Below, piece after piece: positions 52,101 to 64,000 of a stretch of DNA of 64,000 bases; the stretch's first letter is position 1; every line of letters starts with the position of its first letter. This DNA comes from Tubulanus polymorphus (Eukaryota; Animalia; Nemertea). The DNA lies in assembly GCF_964204645.1 (NCBI RefSeq), contig NC_134030.1, forward strand, positions 6,738,778 through 6,802,777, written 5' to 3'. Both the position numbers and the translations under genes were made by a program. Under the pieces are notes generated by a model, which had not been told where the DNA came from, did no database searches, and saw only the letters and a list, made by a program, of their open reading frames with translations.

Positions 52101-54970
52101 TTCGCGACGTTCATCCAATATGTATGAGGATGTCTTATTCGGTCTCCAAAAAACGCTACATGTATTCATATATAGTTTTATATCGTTGAACTTTTTCTTA
52201 TATTCGATGGCTATATTCTACTTAAAAGTCAGTAGGTGGAAAGCCAACCAATCGCGACGGCAAAAGAGCAAGTGAGATGGGTCTCCTAGCTTTATAAAAG
52301 CTTGTATATGTATTGATATCAAAGGAAAGTTTGGCGACCCAAAATAACGGAACTCTCCGCCGAGGGCACGTGACCTCCCCGCTACGCCCCAAACTAGAAG
52401 ATACAGTTAAATTCTCCCTGCTTATACGAAACGGTTGCCGAATTGTTATTCTATTATCGTTAACACCCAACTTCTATTGGAGATGCGAAAAAAGAAATTC
52501 TCGATGGTTCCGCGAGTGATTTACCTCCTCAGAATACTGAGATTTAAATATATCTGGCAGGCTAGGTTTTTATCAGGTGTTACCGTCGAATAGATATGTT
52601 CGTGGTATATGGCAGGTGTTGTAGCGCAGAAAACTGCTATTTTATAGCAGGCTATACCAACCATTTTCTTAGTCGCATCGTAAAACTTTCACTGAACTAT
52701 ATAAAAATACTTCTTACAGGCGTGCGGCAAATAGTGGATTCATCCGAGGCTCAAGGTGGGCAAATACTTTGTAGAATGCATCCTTTATTCAGCCCAATGT
52801 TTTAGAAATACGAACCAGCAAACACGTTTTCTCCGTGCTATAGTGTTGAGACCGACAACAGTTAGAACCGAAGTTTATGGCGCAGTCAGAGAGGCAAATT
52901 CGAGCTATTCTATTAACTTTCTTCCATGTATAGCGTTCTTAATATTTTCTTTTAATGTGTGCATTTTTTTGTATCTGAAGTTGAGACTCCATATGAATTT
53001 TCTTTTTAAACGTGACGCATGTACTGTATACATTAATTATTTCATAAAAATGTATTTTAGTGGCTGTGTATAGCGCTTCTGAAACTAATAATTAACTAAC
53101 ACGACTAGTGTAATAGACACCACGAAAACAAAATCTAATGGTATTCAGAATCTAATATTGCGAATGATATTGATAAGTATGTATACTCCTTGTGTGATGT
53201 AAGGGTCTACCATTTTAGCTACATACCATCTGTGATGTCAACATCTTGTACTAAAGGCTTTATTAGGAGTTCAGCATTGGCTGGCTGGATGACCACAAGT
53301 GTAGCCTTGCATAGTCAGTTACAAAATCATTTAGTCCGAAATTGGAAGAATTTTAATCATCGGTGACTTGTGTTCCTGACGACTCGGGATAAATGGATCG
53401 ATTCGCTAAAGAATCCAATTGAATTTACTATCAACCTACGTATCAATACTTTCGACATTCATGTGTCATATTTAACTTGACACGTTTCGGTGTCAATTCT
53501 AATGTCAGTTCGTAAATGTAACGTAATTTATGCAAGTGTATATCTTACTTGTGTATATAAAACTATTCTTGATTCGCGGATTATGGTATTTTTCAGTTGG
53601 CATCAAAATATGACCCGAACCACGAGCGCGATGTCATCGACTGGGTTCAAAATCTGCTCAGTATTGAACTCAAGCCCGGCATGACCGAAATGAAAAATCA
53701 GCTGTTAAATGGGCAGATTTTAGTGAAGTAAGTCGATTAGAAAATTAAAACGTTTGTCTATGGAATCTTTGGGAGTTTTTTGAAATCTTCAAACTATAAA
53801 TTTATAAAATAACGTTACGAAATCATTGAATGAATTGGAAGTGTAATTAATTCAGAATGCCATAAGTTATGTATTTCTTGGATTATTTGTAGACTGGTAA
53901 AACGTATCTTCGAAGGGACACCGCAACTTCCGGCCAAGGCAGCCAACTTCAAATTCAAACTCAACGAATCCGATGCACCTTTCAAAAAGGTCAGTTTTCA
54001 ACTGACTTCGTTCATTTAAAGATCGTAAATCTGATATGAAAAAAGACACATCATTGTTCCTCTGTATATCATTTATGTATTTCTAGATGGAAAATATCAA
54101 TAACTTCTTGAAAGCCATCGAGTTTTACGGAGTACCAAAAACCGGCCTTTTCCAAACAGTCGATTTATACGAAGGACGTAACATGACCCAAGTGTTAAAT
54201 TCCATTCTTCAATTAGGCTCAGAAGTGAGTAGTTGTAACAATTCCATTATCCAATTCAATTTGCTTCCACATCATTTTCTATAATCAGAGATATGTTTTA
54301 TTCATTTTGTTCAATATAGGCGCAACGACATGGTTTCAACGGAATGACAATCGGTCCGAAACCAACCGAGAAAAACTTCCGCGAATTCTCTGACGCACAA
54401 CTGAAGGCCGGACAAGGTATCATTGGTCTGCAAGCTGGTACAAACAAGTGCGCCTCGCAGAAGGGTATGGGTATGGGTGCTACCAGGCACATCTCTGATA
54501 TCAAGGTGGACGATATGTCCAAAGAAGGCCAGGGCGTCATTGGGCTTCAGGCTGGCTCAAACAAAGGTGCTAGCCAATCGGGCATGAGTCTTGGGGCTAC
54601 AAGGCATATTTCTGATATCAAGGTCGATAGCATGTCAGCTGAAGGTCAAGGAGTCATCGGTCTCCAAGCTGGTTCTAACAAAGGCGCTAGCCAATCCGGC
54701 ATGAGCATTGGAGCTACGAGGCATATTTCTGATATCAAGGTCGATAGCATGTCAGCTGAAGGTCAAGGAGTCATCGGTCTCCAAGCTGGTTCAAACAAAG
54801 GCGCTAGCCAATCCGGCATGAGCATTGGAGCTACGAGACACATTTCTGACATCAAGGTAGACGGTGCATCGCGAGAAGGTCAAGGTGTAATCGGTCTGCA
54901 AATGGGCACGAACCAGGGAGCCAACCAATCCGGCATGAACATCGGGAACACTCGACATATTGTTGATTAA
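46170..54970 (+). CDS. CNN: Calponin (CH domain plus five calponin/CLIK repeats), ~355 aa with first exon 1a
   Basis: Exon 1a 46170-46220 (MSNRTMNYGMDSALHKR). Shared exons: 53597-53727 (LASKYDPNHERDVIDW), 53893-53989, 54087-54224 (MENINNFLKA..LFQTVDLYE), 54320-54970 (five IGLQAGSNKGASQSGM..G.TRHI units at a 40-aa period). AATAAA at ~55545. Confidence 0.93.
46992..47105 (+). CDS. Candidate alternative first coding exon of calponin
   Basis: 38 codons (MEKGLG...ADKYIATRQ) ending at a phase-0 CAG|GTATAG, compatible with exon 53597. The donor is weaker than the others. Confidence 0.35.
48553..48718. mobile_element. Degenerate Harbinger-like MITE
   Basis: AATACACACGG ... CCGTGTGTATT inverted ends. 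Internal GAAACATGTTTC palindromes resemble those in the 29980 element. Confidence 0.45.
49620..49646 (+). CDS. Alternative first coding exon of calponin (MSTHAANSA)
   Basis: AAAA-ATG context, 27 nt, phase-0 GTAAGT donor. Upstream CCAAT at ~49392 and TATA-like CTATATTTA at ~49492. Confidence 0.65.
51753..51794 (+). CDS. Alternative first coding exon of calponin (MVDIHQVLKDRMFY)
   Basis: AAAAA-ATG context, 42 nt, phase-0 GTAAGT donor. A possible upstream acceptor (ttgcag) lies at 51732. Confidence 0.6.
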
Positions 54971-56047
54971 ATCCGTCGTCTGTGCATCGCGCGTCCACCG
55001 TCGCAGATCTTATAATGATATATGATCTTTCGATAAACGATCTTCAATGATTTCTCTTTTCGTTTCGACTATCAAAATAGTGACGTTTCTGACGGTAATG
55101 ACGATGATATTGATTTTAAACTACTACAAATAAACTATTTCATTTCTTTTTGTCTATGTATTCACAGAAGGTGAAAAAGGGGAAAACTAGTTGTCATATG
55201 AAATTTATTGTAAATTCAAAACAATCTAAAAGGTTTTAGAATATCAGATATTTTGTAACTGCAGAACTTACGATCAGTCATGTTATCTACTGTGTTAACA
55301 ACCGATGTAAGAAGAATCTACTTTGCACAGTGGATGTATCAAAAACTTTTTTTCACATCAAACGGCATTTTATTATGTGCTGAAGTACAGAAAAATATCT
55401 ATTTGAACAAATCGTAATGAAAATAAGTTGACTTTGACGTCTTATGCTTCATTTTGCATGACCTCTTATCTACGTGCGTAATGCGGAGTCATCAGAATCT
55501 CTATGCAAAACGTTCAAAATAGAAGCTTTATTGTTAATGTACTGAATAAAACGTTCTCTTTGCAAAAAATCGTGTTGCGATGTTTCTCTCTCGAAAGGAA
55601 GGCTGTGAATTTTGGATTCTGCTCTTTACAAATATATAATTTATAATTTTATAGTAAAAAGAAATTGTAAAATGAAATGACTGAGATATAAACAACTTCC
55701 AAAACCTGCATTTCTTCGTGAAGCTTTCGTCGGGCTTCGTTTTTAAGCAATGTCTTTAATCTACCAAGCAAACTAGAATTATCAAAATACACGTAGAAAA
55801 ATTTCAAAATAATGCTTTAAAAATCAAGTCCAAATAGTTCTATGAACCGACTCCGATGATTGCCTCACTACACACATGGATGCTGCCGCTATGCTCGACG
55901 TTAGCAGATCTTTCATACACTAATGCTAAAAGACTCAATCGGCTGCTCTAATTTTGTCCGTAATTGACTGCCAGTTGGGGTGTTTTTGTTTGTTGACTGC
56001 CAGTTGGGATGTTCATTTGCTCATAGGTTGGTAATAAAGCTGACCCT

Positions 56048-57385
56048 GGAATAAGAGGCATCTCTAACAACTGGTTTGAAGACTATTTGAAGAATAGAAA
56101 ACAATTTGTTCAAATTCAAAATTATAAATCCTCGTTATGTACCGTTAAAACTGGAGTACCCCAAGGCTCAATTTTAGGTCCCTTGCTTTTTTTATTATAT
56201 GTAAACGACTGTATTAAATTTTCTAATGTGTTAAAACTTATATTGTTTGCCGATGACACAAATGCCTTTTATAGTGACATTAATTTAGACAGATTAGTAC
56301 GTACAGTAAACATTGAATTATCAAAATTGTATACCTGGTTTCAAACAAACAAGCTGTCATTAAATGTAAAGAAGACGTCATTTATGGTGTTCGGTAAACT
56401 ATTGAAACATAACTTGAGAATATCAATTAACAATATAGAGATCAAACAAGTCAATGTCACAAATTTTCTTGGAGTTTTTATTGACAGAAATTTAACCTGG
56501 GACGATCAAATAAAATCAGTTGAAAAAAAAGTTTCTCGAAGCATTGGTATAATAAATAGAGTAAGACATAAGCTGCCAGTGAGTTCTCTTCGTACCCTTT
56601 ATTTGTCGCTTATTGATCCTTACCTCCAGTATTGTAACTTAGTTTGGGGACGAAATTTTGAAAATAAACTTCAGCCATTAATTGTATTGCAAAAAAGAGC
56701 TATCAGGCTAATTTCTAATTCCTATTATTTGGCGCACACTGACCCTTTATTCAAAGCTTTTGATATCCTCAAGCTCAAAGATATTAATAAACTTCAGCTA
56801 GGTACTTTTATCTACAGATCTGTCCACTCCGAATTACCGAAATCATTCGAAAATTATTGGAACCAAAATTTTCAAATCCACAGTCACAATACTCGGCGAC
56901 GTCAAGATTTACAAACACTTTCTTTCAATAGTCTAAGAAGAAAATTTTCAGTAAAAGTATCCGGCCCTTTACTTTGGAATAACATCAGTGAAAATCTAAA
57001 AAACATAGAAAATTCTAAACTGTTCCTAAGAAATTATAGAAAGCAACTTTGTGCTTGATTTTATCATACAGTTATTCGAACTAAAATTATTGTTTTTGGA
57101 ATATTTCAGAAAATAACTGGCTTATTAAATGATTATATCTTAATCAAGCTGTTATCATAGTTTACTTTGATTGCATTTTGTGTGTTAAGGGTTGACTGTG
57201 AGCATATTATTTTCTTTATTGCATTTCTCTTTTTTTCTTTTCTCTTTTGAGGGACCTGTTTTATACAAACTATTCCTTAGTTTCTACAGGCCCCTCCAGG
57301 TCTAATTTACTGTATTTTGTATTATGCTTTGTACACTATGCTGTAAATTATATTTGAAAAATAAAGTGTTCAAATCAAATCAAAT
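56048..57385 (+). mobile_element. 5'-truncated LINE (L2/Crack/CR1 group): reverse-transcriptase C-terminal half, 3'UTR and (CAAAT)n tail
   Basis: Uninterrupted frame 56048-57058 containing GIRG..WFEDYLKNRKQFV, GVPQGSILGPLLFLLYVND, LFADDT, LSLNVKKT, FLGVFIDRNLTW, QKRAIRLI and AHTDPLFK. 3'UTR stem-loop at 57249-57296, then AATAAA and CAAATCAAATCAAAT. Confidence 0.95.
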
Positions 57386-57714
57386 GGTGACTATGTCAGT
57401 TATCCACTGGTTAATTCAACAACCTTAGATAAACTGGCCATGATCATTATCCTTGGTCTCTTGAAAAAAAACAAGACTGGATTTGAAATGACGACCACCA
57501 ATAAGAGCTGATTTATGTAGTAGAAATCAATAAAATTACAGTTAAGAATAAGAACATCTTTAAAGATTACACGAAAACATAAACGATCTCATTATTATTT
57601 ATATAGACACAATAATTTATCAAATATCGCATGATGTATACGCACAAGTGAGGGGACAAGATTATAAACGGGACGCTAAGTTTGAGTACAGTATGGTTAG
57701 TCTTTCAACCTCAT

Positions 57715-60700
57715 TCATTCAACATGTACTGTGGATTCGACAGCTTTCTCCGCTGCGTCAGTTGAGGATTCAACTATTTCTTCAGTGGTTGCCGATACAA
57801 CCATTGCCACTGATGCATTTTCAACTAGTTTTTCGGTTGTGTCTTCGTTTGGTGTTACAGTAATGTCTTCAGCTGGTACTGTCGGAGTTTCCGCGGTCGT
57901 TGCAGTCTCCTCGGTTGGTACAGACTCCTCAGCTGCTACAGTCTCCTCGGTTGTTGCAGTCTTCTCAGTTGGCGGAGTTTCTTCGGCTGGTTCGACCTCC
58001 TCTTCAGCTTGTGCCTCAGCGTTTACCTCTTTGACAGGTGTTGCCTCAATAACCTCTTCACCTGGTGCTGTTTCAGTGACCTCCGCGACTGATGTTGCTT
58101 CAGTAACCTCCTCAACTGGTGCTGTTTCAGTGATCTCTTCGACTGGTACTGCCTCTGTAACCTCCTCGACCGGTACCGTACCAGCAACCTCCTCGACTAG
58201 TGCAGTTTTAGTGACCTCTTCACCTGGTGCTGCATCAGTAACTTCCTCGACTGGTGCTGTCTTAGTGACCCCCTCGACTGGTGCCGTCTCAGTGACCTCC
58301 TCGACTGGTGCTGCCTCAGTGACCTCCTCGACAGGTGCTGTCTCAGTAACCTCATCGACTGGTGCAATCTCAGCAACCTTCTCGACAGGTGCTGTCTCAG
58401 TGACCTCCTCACCTGGTGCTGCCTCAGTAACCTCCTCGACGGGTGCAGTTTCAGTAACCTCCTCGACTGGTGCTGTCTCAGTAACCTCATCGGCTGGTGC
58501 TGTCTCAGTAACATCCTCTGCTGGTGCTGCCTCAGTAACCTCCTCAACTGGCGCTGTCTCAGTAACCTCACCGGCTGGTGCTGTCTCAGTAACATCCTCT
58601 GCTGGTGCTGCCTCAGTGACCTCCTCGACTGGTGCTGTCTCAGTAACCTCCTCGGTTGGTGTTGTGTCAGCAGCCTCCTCGACTGGTGCAGTCTCAGTTA
58701 CCTCCTCGACTGGTGCTGTCTCAGTAACCTCCTCGCCTGGTGCAGTCTCAGTAACCTCCTCGACTGGTGCTGTCTCAGTAACCTCCTCCACTGGTGCTGT
58801 TTCAGTAACCTCCTCGCCTGGTGCTGCCTCAGTAACATCCTCCACTGGTGCTGCCTCAGTAACCTCCTCGACTGGTGCAGTCTCAGTAACCTCCTCGGCT
58901 GGTGCTGTCTCAGTAACATCCTCCACTGGTGCTGCCTCAGTAACCTCCTCGACTGGTGCAGTCTCAGTAACCTCCTCGGCTGGTGCTGTCTCAGTAACCT
59001 CCTCGACTGGTGCTGTCTCAGTAACCTCCTCGACTGGTGCTGTCTCAGTAACCTCCTCGACTGGTGCTGCCTCAGTAACCTCCTCGACTGGTGCTGTTTC
59101 AGTAACCTCCTCGCCTGGTGCTGCTTCAGTAACCTCCTCGACGGGTGCAGTTTCAGTAACCTCCTCGACTGGTGCTGTCTCAGTAACCTGATCGACTGGT
59201 GCTGTTTCAGTAACCTCCTCGCCTGGTGCCGCCTCAGTAGCCTCCTCGCCTAGTGCTGTCTCAGTAACATCCTCTGCTGGTGCAGTCTCAGTAACCTCCT
59301 CGCCTGGTGCCGTCTCAGTAACCTCGTCAACTGATGCTGCCTCAGTAACCTCCTCAACTGGTGCTGCCTCAGTAACCTCCTCAACTGGTGCTGCCTCAGT
59401 AACCTCCTCAACTGGTGCTGCCTCAGTAACCTCCTCAACTGGTGCTGCTTTAGTAGCTTCATCGACTGGTGCTGCCTTAGTGACCTTCTCGCCTAGTGCT
59501 TCTTCAGTGACCTCCTCGACAGGAGCAGTCTCAGTGACCTCATCGCCTGATGCTGCCTCAGTAGCCTCCTCGGCTGGTGCTGCTTCAGCAGCTTCATCGA
59601 CTGGTGCTGCATCAGTGACCTCTTCGACTGGTGCTGCCTCAGTAGCCTCCTCTACTGGTGCTGTCTCACTAACCTGCTCGACTGGTGCAGATGGTGTGGG
59701 CTCCTCTAATGGCGCACCCTGCTCAATTGGTGTCGATTCTGGGGATTCGTCGTCTGTTTTAGCAAGTAATTCATCGTTGGCCATTTGAGTTTGTAGTTCA
59801 ACCGGGGACGCACCATTCTCATCAGCAGGTGCTCCCTGCTCGATGCCAGGTACACTGGGTTGAACTTCACATGGTACTTCCGACTCGACTCGTTTTGCTT
59901 CACTTTCGGTTGCTGTTGCTTCGGTATCTTGCATATGCTGGTCGGATTCTGGTAATTCTTTAGTAGCGTCTGTTTCACTTTTGATTTCTGGAACCGACGA
60001 GACAACCTTTGAATCAACGACAACCCCCTTTATGATGAGGAGATCTGTATCGTCCTCTGTCGTCGGAGCTGCAACAGCCGTTTCTTTGATTTCGATTTCT
60101 TGTATCGATGGTTCGTCTATCAATGAATGTAAAAGTATCGACTATAAATTAGACTGAAAGGTGTCTTGGTGTACGGGAGGTTAAACAAAGTGTTTTCTAC
60201 CTGTCTCAATTGATGACGCTGCAGCAACAAGTGTGTCACTTATATGTTCGTGAACACTCGGCTGGGTGTCCGGTGCCAAGTCCACGCCTTTCGCCTGCTC
60301 ATCGGCGTCGTATACTTGTTTTTGGCTCTTAGGTGTCAGCGGGAAATCGGAAAATGACTCAATACCTTGCGCTGGAATGATGAATGATGAGGAACCGCTG
60401 GTATTTCTTATTTATAGTAGCAATTCAAAGTGATCGATACAGACATAGGTGGGCGTAGGTCGGCTTTGCGACTCGTTGCGATTGTCTCCGGCCGTCACAC
60501 CCGACCCATCGACTCCCTTGCGACTGCTAGCGACGTCAGCCGCAACAAGTCGCAAAATGTTTTACTTACTTCGACGCGACGTGACCATCTCTCCCAGTTG
60601 CAACCTACCTACACGCTCTTGCGACTGGGAGCGACGCGATTTTCTTCTGACATGCTGGGATTCGAACCCAAATGGAAATGAGACGCGATCTTATGTTTTG

Positions 60701-61258
60701 AAATCATTTTTTAAGAAGGCATCATAAAATTTCTTTAATTAACTGACATATACGTAGTGCTATTAAAAGTTCATTGTAACAGTGGTTCTTTTCCGCTGGT
60801 TATTTTCAACCAAGATTATAGCAACTTGTCCGAGTCTTTAAAGCTTTAAGCCGAGTCTTTTAGCTTCAAGTCTCTACTACTTCAGAAGAGCCTAAATAAT
60901 ATCTTTGCGTTGTTTGGTGCCATTTTTTGTTGCCACGTGACAATCGGAATCGCGGATCGCGTCGCTAGAATGGAAGTTCCACCCAGCTCTCTGTAGGTCT
61001 AACTCATAGTAAAATACGAAAGGGACACGCTAAATCGGTTGATTCTCGCTTTAACAATCGTGTTATCTGTTTACCTGTAAGAGCTTCATTCCGTTTTATT
61101 ACTTCTACATCTAGATATTTAGCCGCAAATGTCAGAATATTTGCCGGTTGTGACCTGAGAACGGCTCGGCTGAGTTTTTCCAACACCTTCTGGAACCCTG
61201 CTGGAAGTCCGAGTTCTTTTTCTGCGGTAGTCTGATCAACTTGCATCATCATTATCAT
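57715..61258 (-). CDS. RIIa (PKA-R dimerization/docking, Sp17/CABYR-like) domain protein with a long acidic A/P/V/E/T repeat, ~918 aa
   Basis: Exons 61258-61075 (LPAGFQKVLEKLSRAVLRSQPANILTFAAKYL, an Sp17-type D/D domain), 60371-60201 and 60116-57715. Both introns are phase 1; total 2757 nt. Confidence 0.85.
58020..59690 (-). repeat. Coding 27-bp minisatellite (about 60 x APVEEVTE[T/A])
   Basis: Plus-strand unit CTGGTGCTGTCTCAGTAACCTCCTCGA repeated in tandem within the last exon. Confidence 0.95.
60450..60985. mobile_element. Degenerate GCGAC/GTCGC-rich MITE-like insertion in intron 1 of the RIIa gene
   Basis: Imperfect inverted repeat CGTAGGTCGGCTTTGCGACT (~60453) / AGTTGCAACCTACCTACACG (~60596). 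Many GCGAC/GTCGC motifs in a GC-rich patch within an AT-rich intron. Confidence 0.35.
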
Positions 61259-61445
61259 AATCAGGTGATAATCTTGTCCCGAAAAATTTCTAAACAATCG
61301 CTTTTCTTTCTTTCTGTCTGTGTGTGCAGCGCATATGGGTGAAAAAGATTTATCATTTTAGAAAGCCATTAGGAAAAATTAGGCCTATTGTATAAATATA
61401 ATAGCCTACTGCCTAACACATAATTCTTCCGCTGTATGATTGCAA

Positions 61446-61572
61446 GCAACTACGGTAACTTTATCACGTTTCGCAATAATCCTGAATAAACTTACATTTT
61501 GGAATCACGACGTTTGTGTGGCTGATAACGGTTTGCGTGGCAACGTTTCGGAATAATTGGTTGCTAGGTAAG
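61446..61572 (-). promoter_or_regulatory. Cluster of RFX X-box-like motifs at the putative 5' end of the RIIa-domain gene
   Basis: GCAACTACGGTAAC at 61446, GTTTGCGTGGCAAC at 61531 and GTTGCTAGGTAAG at 61560. A minus-strand GTAAGT donor at 61495 and an acceptor at ~61291 define a non-coding first exon. Confidence 0.5.
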
Positions 61573-62291
61573 TTGCTGAGAGCTATCTTTCGTTTTTCTG
61601 ACATAAAAAATATGATTTATATTTTCATTTTCTATTTGATTGTAGTTCATATACTACCTTATTTCAATATTCAATTTGTACAGTTACTAAAGCATTTCAA
61701 TTTTGAATTTCTAGAGATCTAGAATATCGTTAATATGGAAGACAAGATAGCACATCGACAAAGGCCTACCGATATTATTGATCATGTTTGTTGCCCCGAT
61801 ACCTTAAACTGCAATCGGTAAATCACCTCATTTTTCTATCCTATCATTACTCGTAAGACCGCCTGGTAATTTGTGAGAGTCCTGTCCTATTTTGTTAATT
61901 CATCTTACGAATTATGAAGTGTCTCACCGGTTAGCTGTTTCACTTGGCGTGAATTCTCATGATCCGCGCATTCATTCCCGGCGCACTTAACGATTGATCG
62001 TATCATAATCGAAGCGATGATACGGTGTTCGTGAAGGCGTGCGCCCGGAATAACGAACGAGTGGCGAACGTGTCGTGCAATTATTTTCTAACAAAGGAAC
62101 TTTAATTCACAATTCTATCTATCTACCAAGGTTATGTACAAGGGAGGTGGAAGAAATACCCCCGGATGTATCAAGATTCGACCGACTGTAGGCCCTATGA
62201 CGATAGGAAGAAATATGGATTTTCCAACATGGTACTATGAAACGTATCATTTTTTATTTTCTAAACGCGCATAACGCATAATCGTGTAGAT

Positions 62292-62970
<679 letters not shown>

Positions 62971-64000
62971 CTGAAAAACATATTAATGATTTTTTTGATG
63001 AGTCGAGAAGATACGCGATATCCGCGTGAGATATACGAATAAACGAGAGAAATTCTGCGTTATATTCAGCTTATTCAGCCAAAGATAAAATGTCCTCGAA
63101 TAGAAAAAGAAGTATACACAGGGTGTCTCAGAAAATTTGTTGCCTAACTTTTAAGATTAACTATTCATAAACCACAATTGAAATACTTTTTTAGAAGCTA
63201 AAACGATGTTGTGTTACGATTTACCTACTGTGCGTATTTTGGCTAAATAGTAATGATGTATGTTAAGTATTTCGATATAACTTTAGGCAGAACATCTGCT
63301 GTTTTTGTAACATTTAGTGTAAATCGACATTCAAGACCCTTCAAACTGGCATCTTTAGGCTTTATTGTTCCAATTCATGGTTAGTATCCATTGGGTTTAT
63401 TATTATATAAACATTGGTAAAACCATGGTCCTGAGTGGCGATCTCTCTGCTTGTAGAGCTTTTTAGAGTATCTAAGTTATTATTGTATTGAATGTTGGGG
63501 AGATTATTTAGTAATTTACTAATGGAAAGGGATGGAGACTTGGGGTGATATTCTGGGGATAAATGGTTAGTTCATTAGATTCGGGGAGACGAAACGAGAA
63601 GGAGAACTAGACGGGAGATAGAACAAGACGGAGTAAGAGCGAAGCTAAGTCCAGGGAAAGCGTGTCAGGAGTACGGAGAGATCAGATCGGGATCGTACCG
63701 TGTAGAGAATAGCCGAGGAATTGGATCTGGATCAGGCGGGTTGAGTTAATGATGCGGGATGATGGAATAAGCATATATACATATCATACGAGATTAAGGC
63801 AACTGTTGAGTTAAGTTCAGTAGGCCTATACTTTTTTATATCCCGGATCCTATGAGCTAGGGCTCGACCGTCTACAAAAGATTATCGAGCCTCAAAGACA
63901 TCGTAAAGAAAGACACCGATAGGTAAAAACGACGAGAGATATCGTAGCGATAACGTTTCAATGATATCGATTCACTAGTATAATCGTATCAGTTGGTAGA

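Noticed and set aside
57731-59788. Long antisense/alternate-frame ORFs (486 aa S/T/V/A-rich; LLRQHQ repeats)
   Set aside because: Shadows of the stop-free 27-bp coding repeat. The minus frame is the one linked by splice sites to the RIIa exon.
61560-61575. Plus-strand donor AGGTAAGT suggesting a divergent gene
   Set aside because: No downstream plus-strand exons were found, and it overlaps an X-box-like motif.
63115-63780. First exon of the CTLD gene or a degenerate LINE/Tc1 remnant
   Set aside because: No ATG-initiated frame ends at a phase-1 donor. There is only a Tc1-like end (CAGGGTGTCTCA) and purine-skewed sequence without a clear motif.

Overview
AT-rich eukaryotic (animal) genomic DNA with GT-AG introns. 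The gene families suggest a spiralian/lophotrochozoan marine invertebrate (inference). Bases 1-14.8 kb are an ~89-bp satellite array with higher-order structure and an embedded ~1.9-kb duplication. Bases 14.8-18.3 kb are a transposon-derived and inverted-minisatellite zone. The rest is compact genic DNA, whose exons I assembled by hand from splice sites and reading frames. In order it holds: an orphan last exon of an OATP/SLCO transporter (+); SLC49A4/DIRC2 (-, 11 exons, 552 aa); a Lifeguard/TMBIM gene (+, 10 exons, 243 aa); a Methuselah-like Cys-rich family-B GPCR (-); an FMRFamide-receptor-like class A GPCR (-); a calponin with five CLIK repeats and 3-4 alternative first coding exons (+); a 5'-truncated L2/CR1-group LINE; an RIIa(D/D)-domain protein with ~60 acidic 9-aa repeats behind RFX-like boxes (-); and the 3' exons of a compact C-type-lectin-fold gene (-) missed by the ORF track. 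Several MITEs are present. There is no CRISPR or other prokaryotic system. The best candidates for something new are the RIIa/acidic-repeat protein, the calponin first-exon cassette, the apparently satellite-filled SLCO intron, the compact CTLD, clustered palindromic TA footprints and a mirtron-like hairpin. No database searches were run.
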